Virus record (IMG/VR): IMGVR_UViG_3300006802_000415
Span: 1 to 28,135 of that record
From: a virus
Lineage: Duplodnaviria; Caudoviricetes
Direction: 5' to 3' (one strand)
Length of the DNA: 28,135 nucleotides
In this document: positions 6,315 to 14,024 of the stretch, piece after piece
How the letters are laid out: each line of letters opens with the position of its first letter
Position numbering within the stretch: the stretch's first letter is position 1
Program-made: the position numbers and the translations under genes
The notes under the pieces: generated by a model
Seen by the model: the letters and a program-made list of their open reading frames with translations, nothing else
The model's database searches: none
Told to the model about the DNA's origin: nothing

Positions 6315-6325
6315 CCGCGAAGCGG
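6315..6325 (+). repeat. GC-GAA-GC triloop hairpin, copy 4 (CCGC GAA GCGG)
   Basis: Right after the stop of 6328..6522; the -10 lies 21 nt from the loop, as for copy 2. Confidence 0.6.
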
Positions 6326-6327
6326 AG

Positions 6328-6522
6328 TTAGGGCTGGTCTTCGGTCTCCGTGATCAAATTTTTAAGATAATTTACGTAATCTCGTAGTAATTGAGCTAAA
6401 ATCAAGTGTTTTGTATCGTTTGTTTTAAAATAAAACTGATTATGTTTGTCTAGAGTGTCTAGTGCAGTCTTAATCGCTGTATTCCACGGTTCACGCGTGG
6501 GTGTATTCCACTCCCGAGTCAC
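6328..6522 (-). CDS. conserved cyanophage hypothetical protein (REWNTPxREPWN)
   Basis: Recurrent N-terminal motif in cyanophage hypotheticals. Confidence 0.75.
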   Translation of the reverse strand: MTREWNTPTREPWNTAIKTALDTLDKHNQFYFKTNDTKHLILAQLLRDYVNYLKNLITETEDQP

Positions 6523-6595
6523 TTTGGGGAGATGTAGGTCGATTTAATCCTAGGATCTTTTACACGCTAAAGTTAACTCAGGTATTTTTAACGAC

Positions 6596-6823
6596 ATGCC
6601 CGGCGACATCGCTAAGCAGTTCCTCGATAAAGTCATCGCCGAGCAGATGATTGCTGGTGTTACCGGTGACGGTGACGTTTCTTTCCCTCTTGATCAAGAT
6701 CAGTTTCGTGATCTGGTCAATCAACGGCGGGACGATCGCCGTATGAACGAGCTTTTAGAGAACGCTCCCGGAGGAAGCTTGATCGAGTTGCTTCGTCAGC
6801 GTGGGATGCTTAAGGGTGTGTAA
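6596..6823 (+). CDS. hypothetical protein
   Basis: ORF track; ATG start, divergent from 6522. Confidence 0.7.
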   Translation: MPGDIAKQFLDKVIAEQMIAGVTGDGDVSFPLDQDQFRDLVNQRRDDRRMNELLENAPGGSLIELLRQRGMLKGV

Positions 6824-6863
6824 CTAAGGTTTTCTTAACTCATCTTGTAACACCCTAAACTAA

Positions 6864-6889
6864 GTAGCTCACGTTACAGTCTTTAGAAT
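6864..6889 (+). promoter_or_regulatory. NtcA-type box GTA-N8-TAC overlapping a promoter (-10 TAGAAT)
   Basis: GTAgctcacgtTAC at 6864-6877 and TAGAAT at 6884-6889, upstream of a DUF4278-like gene. Confidence 0.55.
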
Positions 6890-6910
6890 AACTACAGTTG
6901 CTGAACTGTA

Positions 6911-7072
6911 GTGACAACAATTACGTATCGCGGTGTTACATATGATCGCGAACAGCATCACAAGAACCACCTAGCTTGGTGGTCGCTTGTGCATCGCGCC
7001 ACGCTCTGGCTTTGCTATCGGGGTGTTCGTTACCGTCCTGCTGTAACTGCCGAAGGACCATCCGTTTTTTGA
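6911..7072 (+). CDS. DUF4278-like protein, 53 aa
   Basis: GTG start; MTTITYRGVTYD...WLCYRGVRY carries two YRGVxY motifs typical of DUF4278. Confidence 0.75.
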   Translation: MTTITYRGVTYDREQHHKNHLAWWSLVHRATLWLCYRGVRYRPAVTAEGPSVF

Positions 7073-7112
7073 TTCGGTTGGGAGTAAATTAAGAGGGATT
7101 TAAGCGCCCGTT

Positions 7113-7292
7113 GTGGAAGCAGACCCCTCCGTGATGGGCGACGTCCCCATCGTTGTTCAGCTTGCGAAGCTGATAAAGTTAAATAGCGGCGTGAATCCGA
7201 CGACCGTGGCTAAGTTCCAAGCCAACGTCGACCGCCATCGTCTGAGTACGTACATGAGTTGGGATAAAAATGGGGAACTTGAAATCAGATGA
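7113..7292 (+). CDS. hypothetical protein, 59 aa or less (..MGDVPIVVQLAKLIKLNSG..)
   Basis: Translated by hand; start uncertain (GTG 7113 or ATG 7134). Confidence 0.5.
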   Translation: MEADPSVMGDVPIVVQLAKLIKLNSGVNPTTVAKFQANVDRHRLSTYMSWDKNGELEIR

Positions 7293-7428
7293 AGTAGATC
7301 CTTTGGATATGTTGTTTAAGGCTCGCTGGAATGTACCTAAGGCAGCCAAGGCTTTAGGGATTTCTGACGACGAGTGTAAAGAACTGTTCCGGTCGTACTG
7401 CATGGAACGTGTTCAAAATGAGTCTTAA
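7270..7428 (+). CDS. small HTH-like cyanophage protein (LFKARWNVPKAAKALGIS)
   Basis: Translated by hand, 52 aa; WNxxKAAxxLGIS is HTH-like. Confidence 0.65.
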   Translation: MGNLKSDEVDPLDMLFKARWNVPKAAKALGISDDECKELFRSYCMERVQNES

Positions 7429-8306
7429 ATGAGACTGGCGGCTCGTTTTTCGAATTCGAGCCTCCACGACTTTTTCCAGCTGCGCCAGAAATCCATACAC
7501 TCTTTGCGAACGAGTTCGACGTGGTTGTCGTTGATTAGCGATTGGACTTGTTCGGCAGCTTCTTCCCACGTGTCTGCTACGACAAACGGCAAATCTGAAC
7601 CTGGGAAGATCCCGTGCCAGTAGCTCGGCATGATCTGTAGGTGTGGCGTGTTGCGCATCACGACCGGAATTGCTCCGCATTCCAGAGCTTCGTAAATCCT
7701 GAACGAGTCGTTGCTCGCCCCACCGGCTGGTGCAAGAACGAAAATGCTGTCGTTCAGGGTTTGGGCGTATTTTTGTGTAGTTAAATATTCCGGGTCGTCG
7801 AACTTTTCGACAAGGTACATGAAGTTTGGTTCGAATTGGGAGAAGACTTCGAGGGCGTGTTGTCGATCCGCCTTCAGCGAACCGGTGAAACTCCACAGAA
7901 ACTCGCGGTTTGATGCGGTTCGGCGTGGGTTTGCGTACTTCTCGAACTCGTTTTTGTAGCCGAGCCCGAAGTGAAACACTTTAAAGTTTCGGTAACAGCC
8001 TGGGTGTACGTAGTTTCGGGCCAGAAACACGCACTCTGGGTTATTTAAAAACGCCAATGAGGAGTCGAGGCACTCGTCGGACAGCAAAATGACGCCGTAT
8101 TTGAGGTGGGCCTGCTGTAAACGGCGAATGTAAAAGTAAGATTCCGTCGTGTTGGTGACGACAATACACTTTTCTAGGAGTGGGATGTCATCTGAGGGGG
8201 TTAAATAGTGGAATTTGCAGTTCAGATGGCTGAGCATGTGCTCGACCCAGGATTTGCCCCATTTATGAATGCCGGATCCGGTGCAGATTACGTTAAATCG
8301 GGTCAT
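7425..8306 (-). CDS. exostosin-family (GT47-like) glycosyltransferase
   Basis: SIFVLAPAG...SFRIYEALECGAIPVV exostosin C-terminal motif. Confidence 0.8.
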   Translation of the reverse strand: MTRFNVICTGSGIHKWGKSWVEHMLSHLNCKFHYLTPSDDIPLLEKCIVVTNTTESYFYIRRLQQAHLKYGVILLSDECLDSSLAFLNNPECVFLARNYVHPGCYRNFKVFHFGLGYKNEFEKYANPRRTASNREFLWSFTGSLKADRQHALEVFSQFEPNFMYLVEKFDDPEYLTTQKYAQTLNDSIFVLAPAGGASNDSFRIYEALECGAIPVVMRNTPHLQIMPSYWHGIFPGSDLPFVVADTWEEAAEQVQSLINDNHVELVRKECMDFWRSWKKSWRLEFEKRAASLI

Positions 8307-8920
8307 TTTTTGATTGTCCAGAGCTGGTTGAAGCAGCAGAAGCCGTTTTCTACGTCCATAAAGGATGCAACGCAGGCATCGACGCCGGATTTAACGCTGT
8401 CCCACGCGTAATCGTCGATGATTACGGCGCCACCGGGTTTTACGTAGGGGTAGAACAGAGTTAGGTCGCGCATGACAGCCACGGTTTCGTGGGATCCGTC
8501 GATGTAGAGGATGTCGAGACCCTGTTCGAGGTCGTCAAGCAGGTCTGGGAACAGGTTCCAGCTGAGACCCTTGCGAATGTCGACCTTGCCGGGTTGTTTG
8601 CTGCGGGCGACGTTGGTCCGAGCGATTTGCTCGATACGGTTTAGGGTTGGGTACTGTGAAGGACTGGCAATATGTTCGTCCGAGCCGGTGAAAGGATCGA
8701 TCGTGATCAAGCGGCTTTCGGGGTGTTCTAGGAAGTTGTCGGACCACCAAACTGTAGAAGCGCCCTCGTAGATACCGATTTCGAGAATGAGTCGCTTAGA
8801 ATCAGGTTTGAAATTAAGCTTTTTGGCGCGTGGCTCGGATTGCAGCGCTTCATAGCTCCGAGTCAGGTTCGTATACCAGTCATGAGTAATCTCATATTTC
8901 TCATCCAGTAAGACGGACAT
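8303..8920 (-). CDS. class I SAM-dependent methyltransferase (Methyltransf_24-like)
   Basis: LEIGIYEGAS, DILYIDGSH, KPGGAVIIDDY. Confidence 0.85.
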   Translation of the reverse strand: MSVLLDEKYEITHDWYTNLTRSYEALQSEPRAKKLNFKPDSKRLILEIGIYEGASTVWWSDNFLEHPESRLITIDPFTGSDEHIASPSQYPTLNRIEQIARTNVARSKQPGKVDIRKGLSWNLFPDLLDDLEQGLDILYIDGSHETVAVMRDLTLFYPYVKPGGAVIIDDYAWDSVKSGVDACVASFMDVENGFCCFNQLWTIKK

Positions 8921-9000
8921 GTGTCAGTTCGTTGCTAGCAGCATAATAATGCAAAGTCTGTGGGCGCAGCAATAAAGCCCGTTACCGGGGCCGCCGCATA

Positions 9001-9012
9001 GTGTGCTACCAT
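9001..9012 (+). promoter_or_regulatory. extended -10 promoter GTGTGCTACCAT
   Basis: Identical to 37-48 (-); followed by an A/C-rich leader and ATG 9037. Confidence 0.55.
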
Positions 9013-9036
9013 AATCACAGATCACACCCAAATCAC

Positions 9037-9357
9037 ATGAACACCCGCGTCCGTCTTGATTCCCGCGATCTGGTTAAGACTGCTGCCGTGTGGCGGACCC
9101 CAGATCTTATTGGTGTCTCAATCCTGGCTGCACTTGCTGGGTCAACCTTCCTAGTCGTTTTTGTTCTGGGGGCTGCGTTCATCAAGCAGAACAGCCCGAT
9201 TTTTAACGAAAACGCAAAGTTGAGCCGTCAGCACTACGAACGGTGCATACTAAACTTCGTGAACCAGGGTGTCCGGTCTGATAGCAACCGGGCTCACCTG
9301 ACCTGCACTGTCGAAGCTGATGCCTACCGAGCCCGCCTTGAATCCCGAGGCAACTGA
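9037..9357 (+). CDS. hypothetical membrane protein
   Basis: Hydrophobic span LIGVSILAALAGSTFLVVFVLGAAFI; ATG 9037 preferred. Confidence 0.7.
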   Translation: MNTRVRLDSRDLVKTAAVWRTPDLIGVSILAALAGSTFLVVFVLGAAFIKQNSPIFNENAKLSRQHYERCILNFVNQGVRSDSNRAHLTCTVEADAYRARLESRGN

Positions 9358-9526
9358 ACTGGATGCGTGCACCTCGGTCGAGCAGCTCGAAGACGACTGT
9401 GTTCGGGTCTCCTCGATCTGGGGTGACGTGTGTTTCGTGAGCTCGTGGCATCTAGTACACGAGAAGAGACTGTACTTCTGGCGGAAACACAAGAGTGATT
9501 GTATACTGACATCACTGGCCGGCTAG
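9320..9526 (+). CDS. hypothetical protein (VSSWHLV)
   Basis: ORF track; the end overlaps the tRNA by 10 nt. Confidence 0.55.
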   Translation: MPTEPALNPEATELDACTSVEQLEDDCVRVSSIWGDVCFVSSWHLVHEKRLYFWRKHKSDCILTSLAG

Positions 9527-9589
9527 CCCAACGGCAGAGGCAAGCGACTTAAAATCGCTCAAGTCCCGGTTCGAATCCGGGGTCGGCTA
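9517..9589 (+). tRNA. trnL: tRNA-Leu (anticodon TAA), 73 nt, short variable loop, no encoded CCA
   Basis: Acceptor GGCCGGC/GTCGGCT, anticodon arm AGCGA-CTTAAAA-TCGCT, T arm CCCGG-TTCGAAT-CCGGG, discriminator A; TATACT at 9502-9507. Confidence 0.9.
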
Positions 9590-9603
9590 TTCAGCATCTT
9601 CTT

Positions 9604-9774
9604 ATGGCTGACATTACGCTTTGCGCCAATTCACAGGGTTGTCCCAGGCGTTTGAACTGCCATAGGTTTATCGCTGAACCTGGGCGTCGTCAAAGTTACG
9701 CCAACTTTTTCGACCCTACGTCAGATCAAGATTGCGAACACTTCATTCCACATGAGCTCAACGAAGTTATCTGA
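9604..9774 (+). CDS. small Cys-rich phage protein, 56 aa (MADITLC..GCP...CHRF..QSY)
   Basis: Translated by hand; recurrent phage motif DITxC..CP..CxR. Confidence 0.7.
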   Translation: MADITLCANSQGCPRRLNCHRFIAEPGRRQSYANFFDPTSDQDCEHFIPHELNEVI

Positions 9775-10153
9775 GCGTGATCTTCTGGTTGCTTGTGTCG
9801 ATGCGTTTTGGTCTGATGAGTTTAAAGATGAGACTCTTTCATCTCTCCATCGAATGCGGGCAGTTTTTGCGGTTTTAGACGCAAACAACTGTCTTAAAAA
9901 CATGTCCTCTCGCAAACCAAAGATGAAGTTTCAAATTGGAGACCGCGTGGGTAAGCGTAAGCCCAGTGCAAATCTTGGCGGACCAAATCGAACCGGGGTG
10001 ATTGTTGACTACGGTGAGTCTCGAACTAAAACGGGAACCCGTAAACCCTTCTACATCGTTAAGAGTGACCTGACAGGTAAGTTGGAGGAGTGGGCTCCTG
10101 GGATGGTATATCTGTGCTCAGACTCGTCCACAGACCGCGTGGCTTTTGTTTGA
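9752..10153 (+). CDS. hypothetical protein with SH3/KOW-like C-terminal half
   Basis: KFQIGDRV...TGVIVD. Confidence 0.65.
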   Translation: MSSTKLSERDLLVACVDAFWSDEFKDETLSSLHRMRAVFAVLDANNCLKNMSSRKPKMKFQIGDRVGKRKPSANLGGPNRTGVIVDYGESRTKTGTRKPFYIVKSDLTGKLEEWAPGMVYLCSDSSTDRVAFV

Positions 10154-10598
10154 CATGACACTCAAGTGGGACACTCGCTTTCTTGAGCTAGCGAGACACA
10201 TTTCTGAATGGTCTAAAGACCCCAGCACGAAAGTTGGTTCAGTCGCCGTGAAGGATCGTCGTATCTTGGCGACGGGGTACAACGGTTTTCCGCAAGGGGT
10301 CGCAGATCTTCCCGGTCGCCTTGAGAACCGGAACGAAAAATACCTTCGTACGGTCCACGCGGAGGCTAATGCGGTTGCCCAGGCTGCCAAAAACGCCATC
10401 TCTCTTTCAGGGGCAGACATTTATGTGTGGCCGTTTATCCCCTGCAGCAGTTGTTGCACACTCTTAATCCAAGCTGGTGTTCGACGCGTGATTGTGCCGA
10501 ACACCACGATTCCTGATCGCTGGCTTGAAAGTTTCGACATGTCTAAATCTATGTTCTCTGAGGCAAAGATTGATCTAATAACTCTGGACGTTCTATAG
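10146..10598 (+). CDS. dCMP deaminase (ComEB/T4 Cd family)
   Basis: SKDPSTKVG, TGYNGFP, HAEANA and PCSSC zinc-deaminase motifs; start may be ATG 10155. Confidence 0.92.
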   Translation: MFDMTLKWDTRFLELARHISEWSKDPSTKVGSVAVKDRRILATGYNGFPQGVADLPGRLENRNEKYLRTVHAEANAVAQAAKNAISLSGADIYVWPFIPCSSCCTLLIQAGVRRVIVPNTTIPDRWLESFDMSKSMFSEAKIDLITLDVL

Positions 10599-11289
10599 CA
10601 ACAAACATGTTGTCGAAAGGTCGTATCTCTATAACGTCGTATCCAGTTCCGTTTAAGTAGCTAAACAGTTCTTTTTTCTGTTCTGCGTACCACGCATCGT
10701 TGTTTGCTTCAAAAATAATCGGGGGCTTGTTGCTGCGTTCAATCGTGCTCCGAGCCCCCTTTAATGCGTTCAGCTCATTTCCTTCGATGTCCAGCTTGAT
10801 CAAACCGACATTTTCGATGCGATAACTATCGATTGTTTTTGTGCTCACTTTCTCGGTAGCCAGCACAGGCACGTGTGGCGGACAGATCGTGGATCCGCCC
10901 CCATCTTGCGATACGATTGACAGCGTTGTGATCTCGTTTGCTTTGGGTGGACTTGTTATGGCCACGTTATATGGCCGCACATTTTCTTTCTCGTTTAAAA
11001 AGATGTTTCCGCAGAGCTGGAGGTATGTTCTTCGTTGGGCTTCAAAAGAATGAACTTCTTTAAAGCTGTCTGAGAGCATCACGGAGTACACACCCATGTG
11101 AGCTCCTCCGTCAACGAAGGTTTTAGTTTTGTCCCCGAACTGCTCTTTTGCCCAGTTGATGATCGCTGCTTCGGGAACGCCCACATTGTGCATCTGACAC
11201 TGAGCGGAATCGTCTCTGTGCATCAGGAATGTCAGCCCTTGTGCTGCTGTGATTTGATCTAACTCTGGGTTCCAGACGCAGACAGCCAT
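10549..11289 (-). CDS. FkbM-family methyltransferase
   Basis: FVDGGAHMGVYS, VHSFEA, LIKLDIEGNE..ALKGA. Confidence 0.88.
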   Translation of the reverse strand: MAVCVWNPELDQITAAQGLTFLMHRDDSAQCQMHNVGVPEAAIINWAKEQFGDKTKTFVDGGAHMGVYSVMLSDSFKEVHSFEAQRRTYLQLCGNIFLNEKENVRPYNVAITSPPKANEITTLSIVSQDGGGSTICPPHVPVLATEKVSTKTIDSYRIENVGLIKLDIEGNELNALKGARSTIERSNKPPIIFEANNDAWYAEQKKELFSYLNGTGYDVIEIRPFDNMFVAIERPELLDQSLPQRT

Positions 11290-11332
11290 TGAATCTAAGA
11301 CGGTGTTAACATGCTAGCAGCTTTAATTTGTC

Positions 11333-12100
11333 ATGACTATACCCGTTCTAGGCACCGCAGTCGTTAATGCTCCTCATTGGGTTTACAGACTTTTTTACAG
11401 CATAGATTACCCTGTAGATACTTTTGTAGTTTTTAATAATAACGGACGTAACCAAATTACAGAAGAGCTTGATCTGCTTCCTAAGCTCCCTCACAAGTAC
11501 GTTAAAAATGTGATCGTGTGTCACATGCCCGCCAACATCGGGTGCTCCGGAGCGTGGAATTTAATAATTAAGTGCTTTATGAACGCTCCGTATTGGTTAA
11601 TAACTAATCACGATTTGATGTATACACCTGGGTTTTTAAAGACCATGGTGTCTCATGCCGAGGATCCTGAAGTCGGGATCGTCCATGGGGAGAACGGTAG
11701 TTGGGATATCTTCTTACTTAAAGACTGGGTTGTACAGCAGTACGGTCTGTTCGACGAAAACCTATATCCTGCGTACTGTGAAGATATGGACTATGGGATG
11801 CGTTTTAAGCATAAAGAACTAAAACGACATATGTCTGTAGGCGTCCCCTATTTCCATGGTGAAACGTGCGGTGACTACGCTGACGGATCTCAAACTTGGC
11901 GGAGCGAGCCTGCACTAGCCGAGAAAATCCACATTGCTCACGAGATGAACAAACACTACTTGCACGCCAAATGGAGTCCAGCGTGGCAAGCTCATATTGA
12001 GGGGGAGGTTTACCCACATCCGTTCAATAACGAAGCTCTTCCTGTAAGTCTCACTACTTACAATCTTGAGTTTGTTCGTGCGAAGAATCTGGGTTTCTGA
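11333..12100 (+). CDS. GT2-like glycosyltransferase
   Basis: NIGCSGAWN, ITNHD, GLFDENLYPAYCEDMDY. Confidence 0.8.
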   Translation: MTIPVLGTAVVNAPHWVYRLFYSIDYPVDTFVVFNNNGRNQITEELDLLPKLPHKYVKNVIVCHMPANIGCSGAWNLIIKCFMNAPYWLITNHDLMYTPGFLKTMVSHAEDPEVGIVHGENGSWDIFLLKDWVVQQYGLFDENLYPAYCEDMDYGMRFKHKELKRHMSVGVPYFHGETCGDYADGSQTWRSEPALAEKIHIAHEMNKHYLHAKWSPAWQAHIEGEVYPHPFNNEALPVSLTTYNLEFVRAKNLGF

Positions 12101-12102
12101 TC

Positions 12103-12426
12103 ATGGATTTCCCTTGTACTAGCTGCGGGCTCTGCTGTAAGAAAATTCAGGAGATTAAAAACAACGTTGAGAGTTATAAAGATATACCTACTATGTACAA
12201 GGCTATTCAGGACTTTCCTTATGATACCGATCAAAACGGAGCTTGTTTACAGCTAGAAAACGGTTTGTGCAGTGTATATGACGACAGACCTTTACTATGC
12301 AATATAAAGAAACTTGGTGAGGAGTCTGGTTACGACATGTTAGCTTGGTATAAACTGAATGCCTTGAGCTGCAACACTCTTATTTTGGACGCAGAGTTGG
12401 ATAAATCCTTCTTAGTCGAGATATAG
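12103..12426 (+). CDS. YkgJ-family (CxxCxxCC) cysteine-cluster protein
   Basis: FPCTSCGLCC...C..L...CSVYDDRPLLC. Confidence 0.85.
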   Translation: MDFPCTSCGLCCKKIQEIKNNVESYKDIPTMYKAIQDFPYDTDQNGACLQLENGLCSVYDDRPLLCNIKKLGEESGYDMLAWYKLNALSCNTLILDAELDKSFLVEI

Positions 12427-12454
12427 TTAAGATACTGATACTTAGGGCAGCGCG

Positions 12455-12724
12455 ATGCCTTTTTACTCCTCCTACCCAACGGAAGGTCGATTAGTCAATA
12501 CGTTACGGTCTGTTCTGGACGATAAAAATATTACGTCTTTTAAATTCAGCAAAATATCTGATCTATCTCCTACAACCACGCGGAAGATCTACTCAGACAA
12601 ATTTTACATTCCTTCACCCGAAGTTCTAGAACGCATCTGTTTAGTTTTAGACGTGCAGCCTGGCGATATTCTCCGGATTGCGTCTAAGATGGAAGCAACA
12701 GAGGCGGTATGTTCTGGTGTTTAG
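12455..12724 (+). CDS. Cro/C1-type HTH transcriptional regulator
   Basis: LSPTTTRKI...VLERICLVLDVQPGDIL, typical of HTH_26/XRE proteins. Confidence 0.85.
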   Translation: MPFYSSYPTEGRLVNTLRSVLDDKNITSFKFSKISDLSPTTTRKIYSDKFYIPSPEVLERICLVLDVQPGDILRIASKMEATEAVCSGV

Positions 12725-13220
12725 CCCTCAAGATTACGAGTTTGCTTCTCGGGTTTTAGGGCTCCCCTGCCCGAAGACTCCGGCTGAGATGGCCGCTGCA
12801 GCGCCAATGACCGCTGCTGTTCTTCGTAACTTCCACCGGGCTGCTCCTCCGATGCCTGGCATGGAGGGGGACGGGATCATGACTTCCCCGACTCGCTCTC
12901 TGAACGGTTACCCCAACACAGCCCAGCCAGAGGTGCGTGGCCAGCTGATGCACCGTTTACAAGCTACCGCTTCATCCCCCTCGGATGAAGCTGAGCTTCA
13001 GCAGCTGATTGGGATGCTGTTCCAGGATCCTAATCTCATGGAGATGTTCCTGGATTTCATCCAAAACCTAAACGCTGAAGGTGATGAGGGGGCTGAATAC
13101 CTCAGCCGTCAGCGTCCTCTTGAATACGACCTGCCAAATTACGGTGGACAGTATTCTGTTTTAAACGCTCCTTCTAGCTCTACCGTCCCTGCTTCTGTAC
13201 AGTATCAGGAATTAGGTTGA
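12717..13220 (+). CDS. hypothetical protein (MFSPQDYEFASR...), possibly virion-associated
   Basis: Track ORF 12678..13220; GTG 12717 gives an 8-nt overlap with the upstream stop. Confidence 0.7.
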   Translation: MFSPQDYEFASRVLGLPCPKTPAEMAAAAPMTAAVLRNFHRAAPPMPGMEGDGIMTSPTRSLNGYPNTAQPEVRGQLMHRLQATASSPSDEAELQQLIGMLFQDPNLMEMFLDFIQNLNAEGDEGAEYLSRQRPLEYDLPNYGGQYSVLNAPSSSTVPASVQYQELG

Positions 13221-13221
13221 C

Positions 13222-13455
13222 ATGAACGTTCGCGAGCAGCAGCTTCGGGAGGCTGATGTCCGGAAAGATTCCCCGGATCTTAATCCCACATCTTTTTTAA
13301 GTTTATACATTCGTTCTAACTTTCCACAGACTGCTTCTTTACCTTCAAAGAATCAGTTGATGCTTGGTATTCTTCCACAAGAAGACGGGCAGAGTGTAAA
13401 ATCAAGTAAGAAGATTCCTAAGGGAACCTCTTACGATAATCCCGCTGGGTCCTAA
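13222..13455 (+). CDS. hypothetical protein
   Basis: ORF track; tightly packed. Confidence 0.65.
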   Translation: MNVREQQLREADVRKDSPDLNPTSFLSLYIRSNFPQTASLPSKNQLMLGILPQEDGQSVKSSKKIPKGTSYDNPAGS

Positions 13456-14009
13456 TGGCTGCTCCCGTTGTTGCTACCGCTGGGCAATTCTTAATGAGTT
13501 TGCTTTCGGATATTGTTGCCAACAAAGTAGCTGGGCCTGCCTCCGCCGCTGCCGCACCGTCTCAATACGACGTGGCTGCGTCTTCAGTCAATAAACCGTA
13601 TTTCCAAGGCGCTGCTCCCGAGCTTGCTTATTCTCAGTATTACGCTAACGAGCAGTTCAAACGCAATCTTTTAAATAGTCTCGGGTTTGATTTACCTGAT
13701 TTAGCCAGTCCAGGAGAATTTATGGGCGGCGTTGAGCAGCGCTTAGAGCGTCAAGCTCAGAGCCTGAATCAACGTCAGATGCAGATGGAGCAGCTGAAGA
13801 GGCAGTACGAATATCTTAATGAGTTAGCCCGTGGCCGAGCTGCGATTGAGCAGACTGAAGTTAAATCTCTTGGGGATATCCAGCGCGAACGTGTCGGATC
13901 CTCTTACGATTTTGCTCAAAATGTTCTTGATTCCGCAATTAAGAACGTCTTAGCGCAGGATAGACTGGATAACAGCAACGTCCTGCAATCGATTGCTGGG
14001 CCTACCTAA
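13455..14009 (+). CDS. putative internal virion protein (Ala-rich, coiled coil)
   Basis: Ala-rich N-terminus, Q/E/R-rich helix; function inferred. Confidence 0.6.
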   Translation: MAAPVVATAGQFLMSLLSDIVANKVAGPASAAAAPSQYDVAASSVNKPYFQGAAPELAYSQYYANEQFKRNLLNSLGFDLPDLASPGEFMGGVEQRLERQAQSLNQRQMQMEQLKRQYEYLNELARGRAAIEQTEVKSLGDIQRERVGSSYDFAQNVLDSAIKNVLAQDRLDNSNVLQSIAGPT

Positions 14010-14024
14010 GGAGGTTGTTGGACA

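Noticed and set aside
7090-7240. Run of hairpins (GATGGG/CCCATC, CAGCTT/AAGCTG, CGACG/CGTCG) as an ncRNA
   Set aside because: A plausible ORF (7113..7292) covers the region and the stems are short; not excluded but unsupported.
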